DNA of 64,000 nucleotides from an uncultured Christensenella sp. (lineage in GTDB: Bacteria > Bacillota > Clostridia > Christensenellales > DTU072), in assembly GCA_964418255.1 (NCBI GenBank), contig CAYQKV010000001.1, forward strand, positions 150,901 through 214,900. The letters run 5' to 3'. The stretch's first letter is position 1. Each line of letters opens with the position of its first letter. The translations under genes were made by a program, and so were the position numbers. Below are positions 17,733-24,471 of the stretch, piece after piece. Under the pieces are notes generated by a model. That model was not told the DNA's origin. It saw nothing but the letters and a program-made list of their open reading frames with translations, and made no database searches.

Positions 17733-20186
17733 TTAAATGCCTCTTATATCGATGCCGATATTTTTCATTTTGTTCTTTGCGGCGATTAGGCAATAAATAA
17801 GCGCATACGCGACAATCGCTATCCCTGCGATAACGAATATTTCCCACGGAAATTTTGCTGTAATATATCTGTCGATAAGTTTGGCAAAAGACGGTATAAT
17901 CGTATTTATTGCCAAAGCCGGAACCAAGCCTATAATCGCGCCGCAAACGGAAATTTCCGCGCTTTCGGCAAGCATAAGACGGAAATATTTCCCGTTGTCC
18001 AGTCCCGCCGCTCTGTAAACGCCGAATTCTCTTCTACGGGTTATCGTCATAGCAATAGTCATATTCGCTATTCCCGCAATTCCGACTAAAATTACTATAA
18101 CCTGCAAAATTCTGAGTAAGTCTGCTATTCCCTCTACTCCTACTCCCGTAGCATACGCCCATTCATCGAACCCGAGTATATAACACCCCTTTTCCCGTAA
18201 TTTGCCTCGAACTTCCGCAAAAAGGTCTTTTTGCGGCATATTGCCGTCCGCATTTACGAAAATGACGCTCGAATCGAGCGGATAATCGAACCCCGCTTCG
18301 TTTACGAAAATAACACGGTCGTCCGCCGTTTTTTCTTCGTTTACGGCAACTATTTTGAAATCGTATTTCTGCCCGTTCAAAGTAAATTCCACACCGTCAC
18401 CGACTTCTTTCCCCAGTCTGTTTGCCAAATCGTAACTCAAAACCGCCGCGCTCTCTTCGTTATCGAAAAACTCTTTTTCCTTAGCCGTAAGGGCAAATGC
18501 GCACGAAAAATCCTCCGCTTTCTCAGCTACATATACCGTTAAATCCGTGTCTCTGTCGTTAAACGTCACGTCGAACGTTTCATACCTTATAAGGACGGAA
18601 GATTTTATTCCCGGCGTTTCGTTGAGCATATCGTTTACGGCGCCCATATCCGCAACGGAAACCGCCTGTACGGTGTAATCCGCCTCAAAACGCGTTAGCG
18701 GCGGTTGCGAAGCGTCGATTATTATTCCGACTATGTTTACCGTAATGAACGCAAACATCAATACCGCCCCGAGCATACACGAAAGGGAAACGGCTTCGAA
18801 ATTACGTTTTATGCTCACGGAAGCGAGCTTGCACGCTCCTTTACTCAGTCCAAATAAAGCCGATACTCCGTTCATAACGTACGGCGCGGCAAGAATAACC
18901 GCCGATACCGCGGATAAAACCAGACAAACGGTAAAAAGCGTCGCCATCCTTTCGGCGAAAATTACGCCCAACACGCTTGCACATACGCATAACAACGGAA
19001 TAATCAGAAATACCGGACGTATTTTTTTAACCGTTTTAACCGTATTCTCCTGCCTCTTCACCGAACCCCTTACGAGGTTGACAACGGGTACGCCCGAACC
19101 CGCCAGAGATATAACAATTCCGAGAAGAACGGATAAAACATAGTAATAAACTTTATAATTCACCGCGTCGGAAAAACCGGGTATAACGCTTTGCACGACT
19201 ATTTCCATTCCAAACCTGCCGCAAACGGTACCCGCTATTCCTCCAGCCAAACCGTAAAAGATGACTTCCGTTATCAAAATCAAAAACAACTGCAACGGGC
19301 TTGCTCCCGCGGCTTTGAATACAAGCATTTCCGAAGCGCGATTTTTGGCGACTACTCCATACGCGCCGAAGAGAATGAAAATAACGAGCGCAACGACGAA
19401 AATCAACGCAATTTCAAGCAAATTCTCATTGTCTGAAACCACTCTGTCGATATAATCGTAATCAACCGCGTCCCCTATTTCGAGTTCGGCGTTATCCATA
19501 TGAGCGGAAAGAGCGTCCGTAAAACCTTCCTTATCCACGCTTTCTTTTAATTTTATATATGCTTCGGTATATAAACCTTTATCTCCGAACGACGATAAAT
19601 CCGTAAGTACGTTATGTACTGTGGAATTCGCAAAAAATCCTTCGTTTTCGAAAATGTAAGTCACGGTAAACGTTTCGTTTCTCCCGTAAAAACCAACGTA
19701 AATTTCCGCCTCGTCGCCAACGTCGCACCCTAATTTTTCCGCAAGCGAACGACTTATCCATATTTCGGGGTAGACGTAATCGGCTTGAGAAATGCCTTTA
19801 TAATAATGTAAAGAAGATTTATGCCGAGCAAGAAACAAGTTTAGGTCGGTCGCCTCTATAACTATCGCCGTAGACTCACGGTTGTCTCCTTCACCGCTTA
19901 TTATTCCCGCCGAAGTAAGATATTTGTCGACGTATTCCACTTCGCTGCTTTTTTCAGAAATAAATTCGTCTAATCTGTCTCCCGAAAACAGTCCGCCTTC
20001 GATTGATACGTCGGCTCCTTGCGCGACTCTCGATAAATTAGCAAGTTGAAAATTATAAAACAAATCTTTTAACGAAAGCGAGGCGAAAAAAAGCATTGTC
20101 GCCACGGTAACCGTCAAAACGATTACTATGGGTTGCCCGATATGCGCTTTTATGCTTCTTAACGTGTGATTTAAGATTATTCTCAT
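17733..20186 (-). CDS. ABC transporter permease with two FtsX (MacB-type) modules and two large extracytoplasmic domains
   Basis: 817 aa. The pattern N-terminal TM, about 230-aa loop, three TMs is repeated twice. ATGA overlap with the upstream ATPase gene. Confidence 0.8.
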   Translation of the reverse strand: MRIILNHTLRSIKAHIGQPIVIVLTVTVATMLFFASLSLKDLFYNFQLANLSRVAQGADVSIEGGLFSGDRLDEFISEKSSEVEYVDKYLTSAGIISGEGDNRESTAIVIEATDLNLFLARHKSSLHYYKGISQADYVYPEIWISRSLAEKLGCDVGDEAEIYVGFYGRNETFTVTYIFENEGFFANSTVHNVLTDLSSFGDKGLYTEAYIKLKESVDKEGFTDALSAHMDNAELEIGDAVDYDYIDRVVSDNENLLEIALIFVVALVIFILFGAYGVVAKNRASEMLVFKAAGASPLQLFLILITEVIFYGLAGGIAGTVCGRFGMEIVVQSVIPGFSDAVNYKVYYYVLSVLLGIVISLAGSGVPVVNLVRGSVKRQENTVKTVKKIRPVFLIIPLLCVCASVLGVIFAERMATLFTVCLVLSAVSAVILAAPYVMNGVSALFGLSKGACKLASVSIKRNFEAVSLSCMLGAVLMFAFITVNIVGIIIDASQPPLTRFEADYTVQAVSVADMGAVNDMLNETPGIKSSVLIRYETFDVTFNDRDTDLTVYVAEKAEDFSCAFALTAKEKEFFDNEESAAVLSYDLANRLGKEVGDGVEFTLNGQKYDFKIVAVNEEKTADDRVIFVNEAGFDYPLDSSVIFVNADGNMPQKDLFAEVRGKLREKGCYILGFDEWAYATGVGVEGIADLLRILQVIVILVGIAGIANMTIAMTITRRREFGVYRAAGLDNGKYFRLMLAESAEISVCGAIIGLVPALAINTIIPSFAKLIDRYITAKFPWEIFVIAGIAIVAYALIYCLIAAKNKMKNIGIDIRGI

Positions 20187-20965
20187 TCTTCGTCCGCTTT
20201 AGAATTTGCCATTTCGATTTCTTTCGTTTCGGAATTATTTTCTGTTAAAAAATCCGACTTCACATCCTTGTCTTCGTCGCCGACGATTAAAGTTCTTTCT
20301 TCGATAATTTTACCGTCGCTTATTCTGATTATCCTGTTCCCGCACAAGGCGTTATGCTCGCTGTGCGTAACCTGAATAATCGTGGTTCCCCTTTCTTCGT
20401 TTATCTGTTTGAGAAGAGCCATTATTTCTTCTGAATTTTTACTGTCGAGATTTCCCGTAGGCTCGTCTAGAAAAATTATTTTCGGTTCGTAAATAAGTCC
20501 TCTCGCGATTGCCACGCGCTGCTGTTCTCCTCCCGATAATTGCGACGGCAATTTGTTGGCGCTTCCTTCAATTTTAAGATATTTCATCAAACTTTCAAGC
20601 GTAGTTTCATATTTTTTTATACTTTTGCCGTCGAGAAACAACGGTAAAAGTATGTTTTCTTTTACCGTCAAATACGGCGCAAGATTGAAAAACTGAAATA
20701 CAAATCCGACTTCGCTTCTCCTTAAAGCGGCAAGGTCTTTTTCTTTTAACATAGATAAATTTCGACCTTGAAATATCACGCTGCCGTCGGTTGCCGTATC
20801 CATCCCGCCCATTAAACTCAGAAGAGTGCTTTTCCCGCTGCCGGACTCCCCGAGTATACTTAGAAAATCTCCTTCATATACTCTCAGGTCGATACCGTTA
20901 AGAACGTTCGTCGTCCCGTTAAAACTTTTCGTCAGATTTTTACATTCCAAAAGAAGGTTACTCAT
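20183..20965 (-). CDS. ABC transporter ATP-binding protein (MacB/LolD-like)
   Basis: Walker A GESGSGKST, signature LSGGEQQR, Walker B IIFLDEPTGNLD, H-loop. Acidic C-terminal tail. Confidence 0.92.
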   Translation of the reverse strand: MSNLLLECKNLTKSFNGTTNVLNGIDLRVYEGDFLSILGESGSGKSTLLSLMGGMDTATDGSVIFQGRNLSMLKEKDLAALRRSEVGFVFQFFNLAPYLTVKENILLPLFLDGKSIKKYETTLESLMKYLKIEGSANKLPSQLSGGEQQRVAIARGLIYEPKIIFLDEPTGNLDSKNSEEIMALLKQINEERGTTIIQVTHSEHNALCGNRIIRISDGKIIEERTLIVGDEDKDVKSDFLTENNSETKEIEMANSKADEE

Positions 20966-22373
20966 TTTTTTCAGCCTCTTGTTTCAATAACGGATATACC
21001 GCGTCCGCAAAACGGAAAGTTATTAAATTCTCGCACAGTCCGCCGAGCGCGTCGTTAATGTCGAAAAAGTCGTCCGCATATCCGAGTAAAAGTAAGTATT
21101 TTTCGTCGTTTTCGTCAAGCGCGCCGATTTCTTCTTCCGTTAAGGCTATCTTTGATAAAGCCTCGCTCGCTTCGGCAAAACCGATAAATAGTTCCGTGTA
21201 ATCGGTCGGCTCCCCTCGTTCAGCATCTTCTACTACCGAATAAATAAGGTCAAAAGCAAGATTTGCAAGGGAAGAAGAAACTCGCGCATAAGCGTTACAC
21301 AATTCGGAAACGGAAGAATAATTTTTATTTCCTATCGACGTAATGCTCTCCACGTCTTCAAACAAGAGTTCGGAAAGTTTCATTGCGCAATATATTTTCG
21401 CGTCGTTTTTTTCCTTTCCGTTTTCATATGCAAGATAGCGACAATACGTCTTCACGTCGTCCGCCGAAAGAGATTTCATTACCCTTCCGATAATCACGAC
21501 AAGTTCTCCTATCTTTCCTTTTATATCCGCGACGTAACTGTTGACGATTTCGTTTTCCTCCTCATAATCAAATGTAAACCCGAATATGTTTTCAACCGTT
21601 TCCCCGCCGCCGGGAAGATTTGCAAGGGAAGAATAGAGGCTGCCGAGCTGATAAAAAACTTCTTTCAAAGAATCGGCTGCGGATGTAAGCAGGTATTCGC
21701 TTTGCGAAGCCACGCGAACGGTCGTTAAAACATATATCGTATCGGAAAGCAGGGAAACGAACGTTTCTTTTCCCATTTGTCCGAGAAGCGCAAGATAATT
21801 GTCGTTCGAATTCTGCGTCAAAAGATAATAAATTACGCTCGCTATTTCATTTTCGTTTAATGCGGTTTCTTCCATTAACCCCGAAAAAAAGCCGCCGAAT
21901 AAATCGATGAATCCCAAATTCGTGAGTTTCTCCGTCAAATATGCTTCGAGTTCCTCTATGCTCGTCATCTCGGCTACGGCGGCTTTTAACGAACCGAAAA
22001 CCGAATTCAAAGAATTGTTTTTCAACGCTTTCGCTGTTTTATTAAGTTTTGTCCCGGGAATTCTCGCCTCGGACATTGCCGTAACAATCCTTTCCGCAAT
22101 GCCGTTTAGATATTCCTGTAAAGCGCCGTTCAGATTGATATATGAAGAAAAAAACTCGCTGAAAAGCGCGCTGAAATAAGTTTTTATTTCTGTTTTGAAA
22201 TTTTCGAGATATTCGAAATCACTACCCGCATAATCGATATTTTCTTCCGTCGACAAGTACTCCCACTCTTTCGCGCTACCGCCCGACAATATGACGGTCG
22301 CAGATATCATTCCAGCAAGGATGAGAATTACCGTCGCAACGGCTATTATGGATAAAACGTTCTGTTTTTTCAT
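20958..22373 (-). CDS. Membrane-anchored, acidic, predicted all-helical extracytoplasmic protein of unknown function (first gene of the ABC operon)
   Basis: 471 aa. A single N-terminal TM (VLSIIAVATVILILAGMISATVIL). No motif I recognise. 8-nt overlap with the ATPase gene. Confidence 0.6.
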   Translation of the reverse strand: MKKQNVLSIIAVATVILILAGMISATVILSGGSAKEWEYLSTEENIDYAGSDFEYLENFKTEIKTYFSALFSEFFSSYINLNGALQEYLNGIAERIVTAMSEARIPGTKLNKTAKALKNNSLNSVFGSLKAAVAEMTSIEELEAYLTEKLTNLGFIDLFGGFFSGLMEETALNENEIASVIYYLLTQNSNDNYLALLGQMGKETFVSLLSDTIYVLTTVRVASQSEYLLTSAADSLKEVFYQLGSLYSSLANLPGGGETVENIFGFTFDYEEENEIVNSYVADIKGKIGELVVIIGRVMKSLSADDVKTYCRYLAYENGKEKNDAKIYCAMKLSELLFEDVESITSIGNKNYSSVSELCNAYARVSSSLANLAFDLIYSVVEDAERGEPTDYTELFIGFAEASEALSKIALTEEEIGALDENDEKYLLLLGYADDFFDINDALGGLCENLITFRFADAVYPLLKQEAEKNE

Positions 22374-22383
22374 AACTTATAAA

Positions 22384-22412
22384 ATTATACTTTATAAAGG
22401 TTACAATGTCAA
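22384..22412 (-). promoter_or_regulatory. Consensus sigma-A promoter of the three-gene ABC operon; near-leaderless
   Basis: Minus strand TTGACA-17 nt-TATAAT. Only 10 nt (TTTATAAGTT, no SD) lie between the -10 and the ATG at 22373. Confidence 0.75.
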
Positions 22413-22475
22413 GAAAACCCGTTTTTCAAAGTTATTTTAAGGGCGATAAAATCTAAGGATACCGTCGATATAGCT

Positions 22476-22690
22476 CTAAACACGCGCAAAGTGGAGAGAT
22501 TGCGTTGATTTTTTTCGTAAGTGAACCGTCGCTGTACTATCGTACAGTAGGTGAAACTTACGGAAAAGTGGAAAAAACTTTAATTTTATCCGCTTTTCAC
22601 AATAATAAGAGGAAAAATTTTTCTTTAATTATTTTCGCATAGCTTTTACGGACGCAAATAAACGCGATATATCCACTCCTAAACACGCGC
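22476..22690 (+). repeat. Copy 1 of a roughly 200-bp TIR-bounded intergenic element (MITE-like), including its flanking direct repeats
   Basis: Direct repeat CTAAACACGCGC at 22476..22487 and 22679..22690. Ends aaAGTGGAGAGATTGCGTTG and CGCGATATATCCACTCC are inverted repeats. Homologous to 51789..52006 in reverse orientation. Confidence 0.7.
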
Positions 22691-22695
22691 TCCGC

Positions 22696-22723
22696 TTGAC
22701 TTTTACTTTTATTTATATATAAT
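22696..22723 (+). promoter_or_regulatory. Sigma-A-type promoter of the RluA-family gene; apparently leaderless
   Basis: TTGACT-16 nt-TATAAT. 8 nt (AAATAAAT, no SD) lie between the -10 and the ATG at 22732. Confidence 0.7.
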
Positions 22724-22731
22724 AAATAAAT

Positions 22732-23469
22732 ATGAAACAAGAATTTACATCGGAAAATTTACAGGTAGTGTACGAAGATAACCATATCATCGCAATAGTT
22801 AAGCCGCAAAACGTTCCGTCGTGCCCCGACGAAACCGGCGATAAGGACGCGCTGAGCACGGTTAAAGATTATCTTATAAAAAAATATAACAAATCCGGAG
22901 ACGCTTACGTCGGACTTATTCATCGTCTCGACCGACCGACCGGCGGAGTAATGGTTTTCGCAAAAACTTCCAAAGCCGCCTCGCGTATGTGCGAAGCTAT
23001 GAAAAACGGCGATTTCGAAAAGCGCTATTTCGCCGTTGTCGTAGGAGTGCCCAGAGAAAAATCCATACTGGGACTTACCAACTATCTTCTCAAAGATTCC
23101 TCTAAAAATATGGTTTACGCCGTCCCTATGGCTACCGAAGGCGCCAAAAAAGCCGTTCTCGATTACACCACTCTCGACGTAAAAGACAATCTTTCGCTTG
23201 TTAGCGTAAAACTTCACACCGGACGCGCGCATCAGATACGCGTACAAATGCAAACTCTCGGACACCCTCTTTTCGGCGACCAGCGTTACGGCGCAAACAA
23301 ATCTCCCGCAGGATACAACCTCGCTTTGTGGGCGGTGGAACTTAAACTTACTCACCCCGTAACCAAAGAACGTATGGTTTTCAGGGTTTATCCCCCCGTC
23401 GACAACGTTCCGTGGAAATTTTTCGACGTGTCGCGCTATCTTTCGATTTCAATTAAAGATAACTATTAA
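22732..23469 (+). CDS. RluA-family pseudouridine synthase (no S4 domain)
   Basis: 245 aa. Catalytic HRLDRPTGGVMVF motif. HTGRAHQIRVQM motif. Confidence 0.88.
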   Translation: MKQEFTSENLQVVYEDNHIIAIVKPQNVPSCPDETGDKDALSTVKDYLIKKYNKSGDAYVGLIHRLDRPTGGVMVFAKTSKAASRMCEAMKNGDFEKRYFAVVVGVPREKSILGLTNYLLKDSSKNMVYAVPMATEGAKKAVLDYTTLDVKDNLSLVSVKLHTGRAHQIRVQMQTLGHPLFGDQRYGANKSPAGYNLALWAVELKLTHPVTKERMVFRVYPPVDNVPWKFFDVSRYLSISIKDNY

Positions 23470-23481
23470 ATTAGCTTAATT

Positions 23482-23508
23482 AAAAGGACGTCGATTTGAC
23501 GTCCTTTT
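23482..23508. terminator. Bidirectional intrinsic terminator between the RluA-family gene (+) and the spo0A-like gene (-)
   Basis: AAAAGGACGTC-gatt-tGACGTCCTTTT. Confidence 0.85.
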
Positions 23509-23538
23509 AATTGTTTATGCATATAACCAGGTTATATT

Positions 23539-24273
23539 TTACAAAGATTCAATCATCATTTTATCGGCGACGAGCGCAATAAGTTCTCCGTTCGTCGGTT
23601 TTTCTCCCTTGTTATAAATTTTAATTCCGAAAATCGCGTTTATGTTTTCGATTTTTCCTCTGTTCCACGCGACCTCGATTGCGTGCCTTATCGCTCTCTC
23701 TACTTTGCTCGGCGAAGTTTGATAAATCTGAGCTATCGTAGGATATAATTTTTTGGTAATCGAATTTATCATTTCGGGATACGCAACCGCCAGTTTTACA
23801 GCCTCTCTCAGAAACTGATACCCCTTTATGTGCGGCGGTATTCCCGCACGGATAAAAATACTGCTTAACCTCTCGTCGATATTTCTTATCCCGGCGTTAA
23901 GTTTTACGCTTACCGTCTGCTGTATCATAAATCTAAGCAGTTGAGTACGCATTTCTATAAAAGAATACGGTTTATAAAGGCATACTTCGTGCGGTATCGC
24001 TCCGAGCGCGCCGTCTACTTCGTCCTCCATATTTTTACTCAGAAGAATAATCGAAGCCCCTCTTTCCCGACAGGCAGTCGCTATCTCCTTGCAACGCTCG
24101 AACGCAACGTCAATTACCAGACCCTTTACGTCCGCCGTCCTCAGAATATCCGAAACTTCTTTTGCCGTTTGACAGGCAATAAGATTTATATCGGCGTCGT
24201 CGGCAAAGAATGCTACCGCGTTTGCCGATAACGACCCGTTTGTTTCGCAAAATGCTACGTTAAATTGTTTCAT
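23539..24273 (-). CDS. spo0A: Spo0A-family response regulator with an atypical receiver domain
   Basis: The C-terminal domain is near-canonical Spo0A_C (GIPPHIKGYQFLREAV...SPSKVERAIRHAIEVAWNRG...KPTNGELIALVADK). ATG at 24273 with GGAGG 4 nt upstream. The receiver keeps the D (VIDV), S and K positions, but the acidic pair reads C-E. Confidence 0.85.
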   Translation of the reverse strand: MKQFNVAFCETNGSLSANAVAFFADDADINLIACQTAKEVSDILRTADVKGLVIDVAFERCKEIATACRERGASIILLSKNMEDEVDGALGAIPHEVCLYKPYSFIEMRTQLLRFMIQQTVSVKLNAGIRNIDERLSSIFIRAGIPPHIKGYQFLREAVKLAVAYPEMINSITKKLYPTIAQIYQTSPSKVERAIRHAIEVAWNRGKIENINAIFGIKIYNKGEKPTNGELIALVADKMMIESL

Positions 24274-24324
24274 AGTCCTCCATAAAAACACATTAAAAGT
24301 TTTTATTCTGTGTTTTGTGACAAT

Positions 24325-24353
24325 ATAATAACACATTTTACGTAACTTGTAAA
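24325..24353 (-). promoter_or_regulatory. Sigma-A-type promoter of the spo0A-like gene
   Basis: Minus strand TTTACA-17 nt-TATTAT with TG extension. Confidence 0.55.
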
Positions 24354-24369
24354 CAATTTTTGTACAAAT

Positions 24370-24411
24370 TGTCGATTTAATTTATTTATATGTTGAACAA
24401 ATTATGTCGAA
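24370..24411. promoter_or_regulatory. Two 0A-box-like sites upstream of the spo0A-like promoter
   Basis: TGTCGAA at 24405..24411 is an exact match to the TGNCGAA consensus. TGTCGAT at 24370..24376 matches 6 of 7 positions. They lie 52 and 17 bp upstream of the -35 hexamer. Confidence 0.5.
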
Positions 24412-24471
24412 ATTTGACGCTTTATGTTTATTTCGCAAATATTTCGTGAGTTATGCTACAAAAATCGACTT

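Noticed and set aside
17575-17946. 123-aa ORF overlapping tRNA-Glu and the end of the ABC permease.
   Set aside because: It runs through a well-folded tRNA gene and its promoter, in an alternative frame of a genuine permease gene.
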